Notes: generated from the sequence alone by a model not told the origin. A DNA stretch of 41,634 nucleotides from Bdellovibrionota bacterium (GCA_040754655.1 JBFMCE010000026.1:1-41634); one strand, 5' to 3'. Counted from the first letter of the stretch, positions 17,307 through 27,379 are shown. Numbers and translations are program-made.

Positions 17307-18095
17307 ATGAAAACAGGCAGTTTTTTATTGAGCATGGGAATCATTTCGCTTCTCACCGCTTCGGGATGTTCCAGGGTCTCGGACGTTCCGACAATACAGC
17401 ATGCCTCTTCATTAGAGGCTGCGCCCGTCGGCTCAGAAGCAAAATCTTATCTCACGGATGACGCCTATGACGAACTGGTCGTCGAAATCGTGGCCGTCGA
17501 GGGATTCGAACCCAGCGACGAAGCTCTCGTTCATTTACGGTCGTTTCTCGAAGCGCGCCTCAATAAGCCGGCAGGGATTCAGATCGTCGTAGCTCCACCG
17601 ATTCCGCCCACGGGGCTGAGTTCGATCTCGGTCGAGCAAGTTTATGGGCTTGAGCAAAGGCACCGCACACAATACCACTCTGGCACAACCGCGAGCGCTT
17701 TCTTCTTGTTTCTCGATGCCCCTTATTCAGCAGACGGCGCTGATTCACAAACACTGGGAATCGCTTACACGCCAACCTCAATGGCGATCTTTGAAAAAAC
17801 GATACTCGACCACACCAATATGGGCGCCGCCCGCATGCGACGCCGCGTGGTTGAAGGAACGATCTTGACCCATGAATTTGGGCATATCCTGGGCCTGGTG
17901 AACATCGGAACGCCGATGGTAAATGATCACGCAGATCATTCTCATAGCGACGGGCACTGCAACAACCCAGACTGCATCATGTATTACGCGATCAATACGA
18001 CCCGTGGTTGGCCAGACTTCGTGTTTTCGGGTTTCGTCGTACCGCCACTAGACCAAGAATGCATTCATGACCTGAAGGCAGCCGGCGGAAAATAG
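17307..18095 (+). CDS. Lipoprotein zinc metalloprotease (metzincin/archaemetzincin-like)
   Basis: Lipobox-like LTASGC, HEFGHILGL and HCNNPDCIMY (Met-turn-like). Confidence 0.8.
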   Translation: MKTGSFLLSMGIISLLTASGCSRVSDVPTIQHASSLEAAPVGSEAKSYLTDDAYDELVVEIVAVEGFEPSDEALVHLRSFLEARLNKPAGIQIVVAPPIPPTGLSSISVEQVYGLEQRHRTQYHSGTTASAFFLFLDAPYSADGADSQTLGIAYTPTSMAIFEKTILDHTNMGAARMRRRVVEGTILTHEFGHILGLVNIGTPMVNDHADHSHSDGHCNNPDCIMYYAINTTRGWPDFVFSGFVVPPLDQECIHDLKAAGGK

Positions 18096-18107
18096 CGCTC
18101 AAGAACG

Positions 18108-21100
18108 CTAAGAACGAAATCCTGCCTTCAATTCCTTATAGAGTTCCATTTCCCAATCCTGCAGCTCAGAAACTTGGACCGCCTCAAACTCAGCGCGCGC
18201 GGTTTTAGGTCTGCCATGCCTCCATGCCATCCGAGCCAAGAAGAGTTTCGCATGAGATCGGTATTTCTTGCTTTTCTCGGCCTCTCGCAAGAGTGAAACC
18301 GCGTTCCACGGATCGCCGTACGCCAAACGAATGTATCCCAAGAGCAATGATCTCTCGGCTACGCTTGAAGCAGAGTGAGCGGCGGCTTCGGCGGTCGCCC
18401 ACGCTCCGATATCGAGGTAACGCTGCACCAGCGCCAATCCGGAGAGTTTGTTTTGTTTTGCGTTCTTTTGCGCTTTAACCACTTGGTCCGAATCCGTCTC
18501 GTACTTCTCGGGAAAACATTTTTCATCCGAACAAAGAGCCGATGCCAATTTCTTTTCGCCAGTTTCAAGGGGAGGAAGATAAGCCAAGTCGTCTCGTTGT
18601 TTCTCACAAAGGTCTCGTTCTTGACGCTCGATCTTTTTTATTTCATCCACTTTTGATGAGAGCTTGGCCAAGAAGTCTTTCCACTGTGGAGACGCGATCG
18701 CAGGCTCCTTGAGCCGCTCTAAGCTCGATGCCGCCTTGCCACTGAGGGTGGGCGCGCGACAAACGGCCTCAACTGACACCTGCGGCAAAGCGCTTGAGAT
18801 GAACTTTTTCAATTCTTGTTTTTGCGTTTCGAGGAGCCGAAGCGCTTGGCCGACTTGTTCGACCCTTTGTTTGAGTTTGTCTTGGACTTCAGAGCCGGTT
18901 GACTTTGTCGACGCAGGGGAACGGCCCTCCGTGAGCGTCGAGGAAACCTTGATGACTTCCTTTGGATTCGAATGCAGCACCTTCACCCAAATCGATGCGA
19001 GCAGAGAATTTGATTTGAGGTGTTGATAATTCTTCTTGAGGTAGGCCGCAATCTGAGGACCGGCTTTGTCTTCGTCGGCACCTGCCCGGTCATAAAGGTC
19101 GCGAACCAAAACCCAGACGGCGGGCACCGAAGGTTCTTGATTGGCCAGGGCCTGCGCCTGCTTCCAAGCGCCTTGAAAATCGCCGTTCAAAAAATGAAGC
19201 CTGGCGATGGTAAGCCGTTTTTCTTTATTGGCCCCGGCTTGCGTCTGCAAGAACTTCGCAGTCACCGCCTGCAGCTCGGGGTAGTTGTAAAAGCTTCCGT
19301 GCAAAAGCAGCGACTCCCAAAGAAGGGCCTCATGTTGCTCAGGATTTGCAGAATACCCGGCAGCAAGAGAAAGCGCGCGAGCACGCTCAATCGGCTCTGA
19401 AATCGCCTCAAAAACCTCTGACGCGCGCCCAAAGGCTTCAAACATGAGTTTGGACCTTTCCGCGTCCAGCTTTTGCGCAGCCTCGATATTCACCACGCTT
19501 TTGAAGCGTTTAAACTCAGAGACAAACTCATCAGCCTCTTTTGGAACCGCATAACTCAACAACATATTGTGCCACGCTTTGAGAGTCACCAGCGGATCCG
19601 CATCAGCCTCGATCGCCCGTTTGTACCAATGCCTCAATTTAACGACGTCCGTCTTTTTCTCTTGTTGCTCAAACGCCGCTTGAAACGCGCTTTCTTGGCG
19701 AATGCTTTTGATCGTCGAAGCAAGAGGCTTGCCGTCTTTGGCTTTCAAGGAAGCCTCGATCGAATCTTTCAAGAGATCGCCTGCGAGGTCGTAAACCACA
19801 TCCCAAAGTTTGTCTTTGTACAAACGATGGTTGAATGAGAGATATTGATCAATATGTTCCTTCGTGAATCCTTCTTCTTTCACCGAATCGACCAAGTATC
19901 GGCTCGCCTCATCGTAGTTTCGACTGTGGAATAAAGCTTCCAAGTATTGCAGTTCAGCCAGAGCGCGTTGGGGCGTCTTTTTGAAGCGGTCGATATACCA
20001 TTTAGAGGCTTTGGCGATTTTCACGTAATCGTCTTGCGAAACCGCCTTTGCGTCGCTCTTCTCGGTAAGCTGCTGGATCAATCGCAACGTGCTTAACGCA
20101 GCGTCATTGCGGTTCTCATACTTTTCAATTTCAGCCGCCCGTTGGTACCAGTGAACGGCTTCCCAAACTTTTCTTTGTTGCTCGTGGCGCTGAGCCCCGA
20201 AGAACCAGACATCGCCCTCGACAGAATCCGGGAAATGTTTCTGGAAACTCTGATGCAAAGTATCGGTCGATTGCCAAATAGCGGCATCATCGGTCTTTCG
20301 CGCCTCTTTGTGGACCGTCAAAACCACGTTGGAGATTTGTTTTTCAAGCTTCGAATATTTTTCGGCTGGCGACTTCGATTCAAAGCCGGGTAGCTTGGGC
20401 GCGAACTCATCCAAGGCCTTTGACAAGAGATCGCGCCGCCCCAAGCCAAGCAAGGCAGACAGCAGCTCATTCATCCAGTCAAACGATTGCTCAGAGCCCG
20501 GATTCTCGGCGAGGATGGCCCGCCACATTCCGACCGCATCTTCGTATTTTCCTATCTTTTGATAGGCGTGCGCAAGCTGCTCCTGAGCCGCGATCCATTC
20601 CGACGGCTTGTATTGAAAGAAAGCCAACTCTTTGCGAGCGGCGGCATGGGGCATGATCTCGGCCAACATGATCATTAGATCTTGATGGGCCTCTTTCACA
20701 AGATCGCCCTGCATCTTGTCTTCTTTCGCGTCACCAACTGAACGGTAGTGAAGCACCAAACGCTCTAAATGCCGCAAGGCTTTCCATTTTTCTTGTTTAT
20801 TGTAGAAAGACCAGGCCGACTTATAAACGCCGTAAGCCGCCTTCTGAGGCGATCCCACCTTTGCAAGCTGGGTGTAAGCCTCTAGTGCGCGGTCGTGTTC
20901 GCCGTGTTCAAAGTAATAATCGCCCAAGAGCTGATAGGCATCTTCCCGGTACTTCCCTTGCGGGTACAACTTCGTCAGTGCCCAAAGTTTGGGTAAGACT
21001 TCCTTGTAGTTCTCTTGTTCCCACAAAACCGCGACCGACAAGAAGAAGGCCTCTTCGGTAAGCTGGGGGCGACCCGATTCGATCGACCTCTGAACCCACG

Positions 21101-22142
21101 GCGAGATCCAATCATTCGCTTTGTTCAAAGCCTGCATGGATTGGGAGAGGTATTTCACTGCGTCTTGCACTCGGTAAGAACTTGAAAGGTTCCAATACAC
21201 TTCGGTGGCGAGAACTGCCAACCCCTGATCGCGGGCGCCAGCGGGCACGCTTTCCACATAGGAAGCGATCTTATTGAGGGTTTTCACCTTCTGCTCAAAC
21301 GACGACTGCGACACCTCAGAGAGGTAGACATCGAACCACGCCTGAGCGAGCACTTTAAAGCGCACTGTCTCAAGACTGTTTTGACCCAGCAGCCTCAACC
21401 CCTTCAAACCAGTGAATTTGATCCCCTCGGCCAGAAGGGCGGCCTGCTTGGTGTCTTGCTGAACCAATGCAAGATAGGCAGCCTGAAGTTGCATTTCATT
21501 TTGAAGGTCGCGACTGAGCCTTTCTTTGATGCTTTCAAGTTTCCCTAGGTTTGACTGGGCATTGGAACTTTTTTTGAGTTTTAAATAGGCCCAGTTCATC
21601 TCGAGCATCGCGAGGGCATAGTATCGCGACGTATCGGACACGCCCTTATAATAATGCACGGCCCTTTCTAGCTCGTCAGCCTCGTAATAAGCTCTGCCCA
21701 AAAGCAAGTAAGACAGTTCGCGCCAGAGCGAGAACGAACCCGTAGTGCCGATGTAAAGACGAGCGGCCTTCGAATTCGAAGTATCGGTAAGCCCGCTGTA
21801 ACTGCCTTTCACCAAGAGATTTTCAAGGGTTTTGATCACGTTGATCCGCTGATCAAGACGCTCGCTAGGATTCGCGCCTTCAACGAGGCGGTCTCGCAGC
21901 AACGACTCAACGACGGTTTTCACGGCGTAGTCAGGATGAGACGACGGGATGTTCCAAGACTTTGCGCCCTCCAAGGCCCGAGCGCTGCCTGATCCATCTA
22001 TTGAAACGATGCCAAGAACGCGTTCGATCTCGTTCAGCGATAGTGAGCCTGATTGGACTGGAAGCAAACTTGAAGCGCTTGCCGTCGACGCGATCATCAA
22101 CAACGTCGTGAAAACCCCTTGAGAGCTTCTCATAAGTCTCAT
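18108..22142 (-). CDS. Large exported tetratricopeptide-repeat protein (GltD/AgmU-like)
   Basis: 1344 aa with a signal peptide and TPR-like motifs such as LLLGRAYYE, YPQGKYREDAYQLLGDYYFE and YGVYKSAWSFYN. Neighbours are Agl/Glt-like genes. Confidence 0.8.
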   Translation of the reverse strand: MRLMRSSQGVFTTLLMIASTASASSLLPVQSGSLSLNEIERVLGIVSIDGSGSARALEGAKSWNIPSSHPDYAVKTVVESLLRDRLVEGANPSERLDQRINVIKTLENLLVKGSYSGLTDTSNSKAARLYIGTTGSFSLWRELSYLLLGRAYYEADELERAVHYYKGVSDTSRYYALAMLEMNWAYLKLKKSSNAQSNLGKLESIKERLSRDLQNEMQLQAAYLALVQQDTKQAALLAEGIKFTGLKGLRLLGQNSLETVRFKVLAQAWFDVYLSEVSQSSFEQKVKTLNKIASYVESVPAGARDQGLAVLATEVYWNLSSSYRVQDAVKYLSQSMQALNKANDWISPWVQRSIESGRPQLTEEAFFLSVAVLWEQENYKEVLPKLWALTKLYPQGKYREDAYQLLGDYYFEHGEHDRALEAYTQLAKVGSPQKAAYGVYKSAWSFYNKQEKWKALRHLERLVLHYRSVGDAKEDKMQGDLVKEAHQDLMIMLAEIMPHAAARKELAFFQYKPSEWIAAQEQLAHAYQKIGKYEDAVGMWRAILAENPGSEQSFDWMNELLSALLGLGRRDLLSKALDEFAPKLPGFESKSPAEKYSKLEKQISNVVLTVHKEARKTDDAAIWQSTDTLHQSFQKHFPDSVEGDVWFFGAQRHEQQRKVWEAVHWYQRAAEIEKYENRNDAALSTLRLIQQLTEKSDAKAVSQDDYVKIAKASKWYIDRFKKTPQRALAELQYLEALFHSRNYDEASRYLVDSVKEEGFTKEHIDQYLSFNHRLYKDKLWDVVYDLAGDLLKDSIEASLKAKDGKPLASTIKSIRQESAFQAAFEQQEKKTDVVKLRHWYKRAIEADADPLVTLKAWHNMLLSYAVPKEADEFVSEFKRFKSVVNIEAAQKLDAERSKLMFEAFGRASEVFEAISEPIERARALSLAAGYSANPEQHEALLWESLLLHGSFYNYPELQAVTAKFLQTQAGANKEKRLTIARLHFLNGDFQGAWKQAQALANQEPSVPAVWVLVRDLYDRAGADEDKAGPQIAAYLKKNYQHLKSNSLLASIWVKVLHSNPKEVIKVSSTLTEGRSPASTKSTGSEVQDKLKQRVEQVGQALRLLETQKQELKKFISSALPQVSVEAVCRAPTLSGKAASSLERLKEPAIASPQWKDFLAKLSSKVDEIKKIERQERDLCEKQRDDLAYLPPLETGEKKLASALCSDEKCFPEKYETDSDQVVKAQKNAKQNKLSGLALVQRYLDIGAWATAEAAAHSASSVAERSLLLGYIRLAYGDPWNAVSLLREAEKSKKYRSHAKLFLARMAWRHGRPKTARAEFEAVQVSELQDWEMELYKELKAGFRS

Positions 22143-22789
22143 GCCGCCTTCTGCTCCTCGGTGCTCGTTCGCAACGTATCAATCACATATTGGGCGATTT
22201 TCCGTCGCAAGACCGGATTCAGTCTCAAGAAATAAAGGCCATAAGCCTCAGCAGCGGTATCACGCAGAGTACGCAACACCACCGAACGCGCCGAGACGGT
22301 TCCAAGCCCTGGCGCATTTCGAATCGTAACCACCACTTCTTCGCCCTTCTCGAAAAGATCGAAATTCTCGAGCCGGATCGACACGCCTTTTTCGCTGATA
22401 TCGATGCAGCGAGCGACGTAATAATTCTTCTCATTGTGAACGATCACTTCCGCGGCAAGCGGCGCTCTGGGAAAACGGCGATAAATATTCTCGATCCCGT
22501 ACTGACCCTCCTGAGTCGACTTCAACTTGACCGCGCGCTGTTGACTGAGCAGGCCACGGCTCTTCTTTCGCGGCAGGCCGCAACGCGGATAACCCACCAT
22601 AGCTTCCTTGAATTCAGCGATATCGGCAAATCTTTGCCACTTCTGACCTTCAAGATGAAATCCCCAAGTAAAATCATCGGCTCTTAGCTCGCCTTTTCGG
22701 ATGCGCTCGACCAGTTGTTCCGTTGTGAACGGCCCAGTAGGCTCGGAGCCATCCTTATCGGGCAGATACCACTCGTGTTTTTCCAACAT
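22139..22789 (-). CDS. GYF_2 (DUF4339)-PilZ domain protein, putative c-di-GMP receptor
   Basis: GYF_2-like WY...GPFTTEQL...W...W, followed by PilZ motifs RRFPR and DISEKG. ATG at 22789 follows GAGGAG; the stop overlaps the TPR gene start. Confidence 0.85.
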   Translation of the reverse strand: MLEKHEWYLPDKDGSEPTGPFTTEQLVERIRKGELRADDFTWGFHLEGQKWQRFADIAEFKEAMVGYPRCGLPRKKSRGLLSQQRAVKLKSTQEGQYGIENIYRRFPRAPLAAEVIVHNEKNYYVARCIDISEKGVSIRLENFDLFEKGEEVVVTIRNAPGLGTVSARSVVLRTLRDTAAEAYGLYFLRLNPVLRRKIAQYVIDTLRTSTEEQKAA

Positions 22790-22811
22790 AGCGATACTCC
22801 TCTTCAAACTC

Positions 22812-22862
22812 TCTTCGGCATGTAGAAGAAAGTACTAAAGTTTTTTTAAAAATTTCCGAAAC
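22812..22862. promoter_or_regulatory. Back-to-back sigma28 (FliA)-like promoters
   Basis: Minus strand TTAG-N15-GCCGAAGA (22838-22812); plus strand TAAA-N15-TCCGAAAC (22836-22862). The consensus is TAAA-N15-GCCGATAA. Confidence 0.6.
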
Positions 22863-22990
22863 GTACTCTTGAGCCAGGAAAATTCCTAAGGCTGGCCGAA
22901 CAAACATTCGCCACGACGGCTGGCCACATCCAAGAAGGGTGAAATAAGATTTGTTGGTTAGGGCCTTACAAAAAGGGGGCAGTTTTTCTT

Positions 22991-24586
22991 ATGTTCAATC
23001 CATTCATCCAAAAACAACGCTTGATCATTCTTGCGGCTTTCATCTCAATCACATCTTTGGCGCGCGCCGAAGAGGCGCCTCGCGCTCATTCGACGAAAAA
23101 CGGACACGGTTTTTATTACGACTCGAAGAGCCAGCAATACTTCACCAACAACAAGGCTCAATTCTCTGTTCGCCCCATCGGTGGAGAAAAATTCATCGAG
23201 CGTATTGAAGTGAGCGTGGATGACGGGAACTTTGAATCGTATTCGGGAAAACTCAGTTTCAGCCAGGAAGGACCGCACATCCTACGTTTTCGAGCCGCCG
23301 ACCCGGTTCTAAACTGGAGCCCCGTTCAAAGCTTCAGGGTGCATGTCGACCTCACCCCGCCTTCCAGCAGCTACAGCTGGGAAGGCATCAGCTACAAATC
23401 AGGCTCGACCCTTTATGTCAGCCCAAATGCCAAGCTCTCAATCGTCTCGCAAGACAATCTTTCGGGCCCTTCACGAGTGCTTTGGAAACAAGATGAAAAA
23501 CATAACGCAAAAAACTTTTCGGGAAGCGCTCAATTCTCCCGCGAAGGCGAACACCACGTGCAGTTCGCCGCGACTGACAACGTTGGGAACCAAGAATCTT
23601 GGAAGGAATTGTCGTTTATCGTTGATGGCAAGGCCCCAGAGACCCAAGCGGTAGTGAAAGGCGTTTCTTATCAAAAAGGCAAAGAGGTTTATTTCAGCAG
23701 TGGAAGTTACATCGTGCTTGAAGCCAAAGATGGTTCGGGTTCCGGCGTTCAGACAATCGAATACCAACTTGAAGACGGCGCCATCAGCACCTACACCCAA
23801 CCCATCATGATGTCGGGATCGAGAATGAACCTGCGCTATCGAGGCGTCGATCTCGTAGGAAACAGGGAGAGCTGGAAAACCATGAGCGTACAAGCCGATC
23901 TCAACCCGCCTCGGCTTGCCGTGCGGGAAGCCGGCAGGTATGTTTCGGTTTCGGGAAAGATATTCGCTCGCCCCGGTTTCACCATGAAAGCTGAAGTCCA
24001 AGACTTCGAAAGCGGCATCAGGGAAATCGCCATCAGCCGCGACGGGAAGTCTTTCGACAAGGCAATCAAAGCGGAGTTCACTTTCGACAAGGAAGGCGAA
24101 TACCAATTCGCCGTCGAAGCGCGTGACCATGTAGGCAACCTGACGCGATCCGATCCGTATGTCATCGTCATCGACAGCACTCCTCCGGTTTCAGACCTGA
24201 AGACGGCCGAAGCCTTGGTTACTCGCGACAACGTATTCCTTTCGTCCCTGCCAAACAGCTTCTCAGTGCACAGCACGGACCACGGAGTGGGGGTTGACCG
24301 CATCGAGGTGAGTTACGACGGCAAACACTTCACGCCGCTGACGCAAGCCATTGATCTGGCGACCTGGAAGGATGCCCGTCAGACGATCTATTACAGAGCC
24401 GTCGACCGTCTTGAAAACAAAGAGCAAGCGCGATCAATGACCTTGCAAGTCTTGACGCAAGGGCCGAAGGTCGACCTCTTCGTCGAGTCCGAGAACTTGC
24501 CAAACGTTCCTCTTTCAAACCTCTTGAGAAAATATCAGCAGAAAGGAGAGCCAGAATCTGAGAGAGCTCCGGCTTCTTCCAGGTAA
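22991..24586 (+). CDS. Exported protein of five tandem Ig-like (OmpL47-type) beta-rich repeats
   Basis: Signal peptide ending ARA, then five repeats of about 95 aa ending in variants of (F/Y)RAxDxVGN...VDxxPP. Confidence 0.8.
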   Translation: MFNPFIQKQRLIILAAFISITSLARAEEAPRAHSTKNGHGFYYDSKSQQYFTNNKAQFSVRPIGGEKFIERIEVSVDDGNFESYSGKLSFSQEGPHILRFRAADPVLNWSPVQSFRVHVDLTPPSSSYSWEGISYKSGSTLYVSPNAKLSIVSQDNLSGPSRVLWKQDEKHNAKNFSGSAQFSREGEHHVQFAATDNVGNQESWKELSFIVDGKAPETQAVVKGVSYQKGKEVYFSSGSYIVLEAKDGSGSGVQTIEYQLEDGAISTYTQPIMMSGSRMNLRYRGVDLVGNRESWKTMSVQADLNPPRLAVREAGRYVSVSGKIFARPGFTMKAEVQDFESGIREIAISRDGKSFDKAIKAEFTFDKEGEYQFAVEARDHVGNLTRSDPYVIVIDSTPPVSDLKTAEALVTRDNVFLSSLPNSFSVHSTDHGVGVDRIEVSYDGKHFTPLTQAIDLATWKDARQTIYYRAVDRLENKEQARSMTLQVLTQGPKVDLFVESENLPNVPLSNLLRKYQQKGEPESERAPASSR

Positions 24587-24599
24587 CGGCGGATTCCGC

Positions 24600-24908
24600 A
24601 TGGTGGGTTTGAGAGTCCTGATTTTGCTGGCATTGACGACAGTGACTGTCACGACGGCGACGGCCGCCGATGGCAAGGATCAAACAAAGACGGGTCATTC
24701 TTCTGGGAAGACCAAGATCAAGTATCGAAGCTTCACTCAGATCGATTTCTCTGAGCAAACCGTCGAAGGAAAGGCAAGATCACCAGAGATCTTCTACATC
24801 TTCCAGCGGAAGCGCGCATCAGGATACCAAATCGCAACGACGCCAAAACACCTTGACGAGCACCGCGATGAAACCCTGCGCGTGACACAGAGGGCACTGC
24901 GACAATGA
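24600..24908 (+). CDS. CglF/GltF-like small exported protein
   Basis: Signal peptide plus KIKYRSFTQIDFSEQTVEGKARSPEIFYIFQRK, resembling the 'IDF..x.I/V.G....P' CglF pattern. It lies directly upstream of a gltG-like gene. Confidence 0.7.
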   Translation: MVGLRVLILLALTTVTVTTATAADGKDQTKTGHSSGKTKIKYRSFTQIDFSEQTVEGKARSPEIFYIFQRKRASGYQIATTPKHLDEHRDETLRVTQRALRQ

Positions 24909-26632
24909 GCAACGCCGCGCTTTACAGAGTCAATCCCGTTTCGCAAGAGGAAGAGTTCCTGGCCTCAGTGGGCAAGGAGCAGCTTTGCATCGGAAAAAGC
25001 GATGCGGCGGACGTTCAGTTGAACGATCTGCGTTGCAACGGAATACATGCGATCCTTGAAAAGACCGCAAAAGCGGAAGACTATCTTCTGCTCGATCTGG
25101 GAAGCCACTTTGGAACTTACCTCAATGGTGAACGTGTTCAAGAAGCCAGGGTGAAAGCCGGCGAGATGTTCGTCATCGGCAAGAATCACCTGGTAGTCCG
25201 GGAAAACTCGCAAGTCCCGGATGCTCTGCAGGCAAACCAACTCGCGCAAAACCCTCTCGCCGCGACCTCACCGCAAACAGACGTTCCCTTAACGCTGGTC
25301 ACGAGCAATACCGTCTTGGAGGTAGGGCTTTTCTGGGGAGACCAGGCGCTAGAACTGAGGACCTTCACGGAAGGAACCGCCGTCACCTTGGGCAACCAGA
25401 GGGAAGCGACGTTTGGAGTGACTCTCGCCGACACCAACACCGAGAAGGCTCCTTTCATCATCGCGAAGTATGAAAAGGGACAATTGCAGCTTTTCATCCC
25501 AAGCGAAGCTACGGGCATCGTTTGGCTGGGAAAAGAACTCTATGCGCTAGACGCCCTGAGGCACCAAGACAAGAACAGTGACTTCAGCCGCGTGCTCAAC
25601 ATCACCCTGCGCATCGGCGATCGCGCCCAAATTGAATTCGGCGAACTCTCGTTGTCCTTTCAATTCGTGCAACCGACTTACATTGCGCCGGTTCCCCTAC
25701 TGCAGAGGGTTGATAAGACCTTTTTAAGAATCTTCGGCTCATTTTTCGCATTGTACGGCGTCCTTTTCATGGCTTCTCTTCTGATCGAGCCGGAAATGAA
25801 AGAAAAGACCCTTGAAGACGTTCCCAAAGAGATCAGGCAAGTTCTCTTCAACGCGGGCATTGAAAACGCGATGAAACGCCAGCGCGCCGCGATCGGGCAA
25901 CTTGCCGACAATCTCAAGGGCGGCCGGGCAAAGGGCGAAGAAGGAAAAGCCAGCGCAAATCGTCAAGCTGAACAGAGCAAGGCTGCTCAAAAATCCCCTC
26001 CCAAGAACGTGGCGTCTAAAAACGCCAATGCGCCGGCGCAAAAGGTAGATCTCGATGCTGCCTTCAACTCCGGAAAAACTACGGGCATCGTCAACACCGT
26101 TTCGATGGCGGGTAAACCTCAGGTCGGAAACACGGCCGCTGCATTGGTCGGAGGCGGTTTCGCCCGCGGAACAAAAGGCCTTGGCTCCGGAGGCGGCGGT
26201 CAAAGCGTGGGGATCGGGCAACTCACCGGCGACTCCACCGGCGGCGGCTTAGGGGCTGGCGACTACGGGCTCTCTCCTTCCAAAGGAAAAGACATCTCCG
26301 TCGCGGAAAACGACGAAATCGTCATCTTAGGCGGGCTTGATCCGGAAGTCATCGCGTCGATCATCAGGCGCTATCTTCCGCAGATCAGACATTGCTATGA
26401 GCAACAGCTCGCGGTGAATCCTGATCTCAAAGGGAAAGTGACCGTATCGTTCGCGATCACGGGAGATGGCAGCGTGAAGACAGCTTCAGTCGCGGAGAGC
26501 AGTTTGAGAAGCGCCGCCACAGAACAATGCATTTTAGCGAAAATCAAGACTTGGAGTTTTCCGAAGCCCAAAGGTGGGGGCACCGTGGGCGTAAGGTATC
26601 CGTTCTTGTTGATGTCAAACACAGGAAATTAG
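24905..26632 (+). CDS. FHA-TM-TonB_C (AgmX/PglI C-terminal) protein, GltG-like
   Basis: N-terminal FHA (IGK...HA...DLGSHFGTYLNG), one TM helix, a Gly-rich linker, and C-terminal GGLDPEVI...IRHCYEQQL...GKVTVSF.I...CI...W.FPKP.GG...V.YPF. Confidence 0.88.
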   Translation: MSNAALYRVNPVSQEEEFLASVGKEQLCIGKSDAADVQLNDLRCNGIHAILEKTAKAEDYLLLDLGSHFGTYLNGERVQEARVKAGEMFVIGKNHLVVRENSQVPDALQANQLAQNPLAATSPQTDVPLTLVTSNTVLEVGLFWGDQALELRTFTEGTAVTLGNQREATFGVTLADTNTEKAPFIIAKYEKGQLQLFIPSEATGIVWLGKELYALDALRHQDKNSDFSRVLNITLRIGDRAQIEFGELSLSFQFVQPTYIAPVPLLQRVDKTFLRIFGSFFALYGVLFMASLLIEPEMKEKTLEDVPKEIRQVLFNAGIENAMKRQRAAIGQLADNLKGGRAKGEEGKASANRQAEQSKAAQKSPPKNVASKNANAPAQKVDLDAAFNSGKTTGIVNTVSMAGKPQVGNTAAALVGGGFARGTKGLGSGGGGQSVGIGQLTGDSTGGGLGAGDYGLSPSKGKDISVAENDEIVILGGLDPEVIASIIRRYLPQIRHCYEQQLAVNPDLKGKVTVSFAITGDGSVKTASVAESSLRSAATEQCILAKIKTWSFPKPKGGGTVGVRYPFLLMSNTGN

Positions 26633-26647
26633 AGGGAGGCTGGTTGT

Positions 26648-27379
26648 ATGGATTCACTGATTAAATTTTTCCAAGATGGCGGATGGCACATGATCCCCAA
26701 CGTCATCTTGTTCTTGGTCGGTTCAGCGATCATGGTCGAGAGAATGTACAAAATCATGTTCGTGTACCAGGCGGACGGAGCTTCTCTGATGCATAGGGTT
26801 CAAAGGATGATTCTCGACAACAACATTGATGAAGCGATCAAACTTTGCAACAGCCGCAAAGACGCCAGCATTTACCAAGTGTTCAAAGCGGCTCTCGTCA
26901 ATGCAGATCGCCCTTTCGACGAGATCCAAGATCACGTTGAAGCCGCGACACTTGCCGTGGTGCCTAAGTTGCAGCGAAGAATGCCTTACCTCTTCACCAT
27001 CGCCAACGTGGCCACCCTGCTCGGTCTCTTGGGAACTATCGCGGGTCTGATCACGACGTTCGAAGCCGTAGGCGCCGTTGAAGGCGCTCAAAAACAGCTC
27101 TTGCTCTCGGCTGGTATTTCGACAGCGATGAACAATACGGCCTTTGGTCTCTTCATCGCGATCCCCTGCATGCTCATTTACGGATTTCTCACGAACCGCA
27201 TTAGCGGCATCGTGGATGAGGTTGAGCACTATTCGGCGCGACTGCTGATCTTGCTCAGGACCGGAAGCCAGTATTTCGAGAACTTCAGCTCGGATTCCGT
27301 CGTGACCACTCAACAGACTCCAAAGAAGAAAAACGGAAGCGAAAGCGCCGAAAAGGACGGAAAGCAAGATGCTGCGTAA
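26648..27379 (+). CDS. MotA/TolQ/ExbB proton-channel subunit (AglR-like)
   Basis: FFQDGG, ER after TM1, ATLLGLLGTIAGLI and GISTAMNNTAFGL.IAIP; GGAGG RBS. Confidence 0.92.
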   Translation: MDSLIKFFQDGGWHMIPNVILFLVGSAIMVERMYKIMFVYQADGASLMHRVQRMILDNNIDEAIKLCNSRKDASIYQVFKAALVNADRPFDEIQDHVEAATLAVVPKLQRRMPYLFTIANVATLLGLLGTIAGLITTFEAVGAVEGAQKQLLLSAGISTAMNNTAFGLFIAIPCMLIYGFLTNRISGIVDEVEHYSARLLILLRTGSQYFENFSSDSVVTTQQTPKKKNGSESAEKDGKQDAA

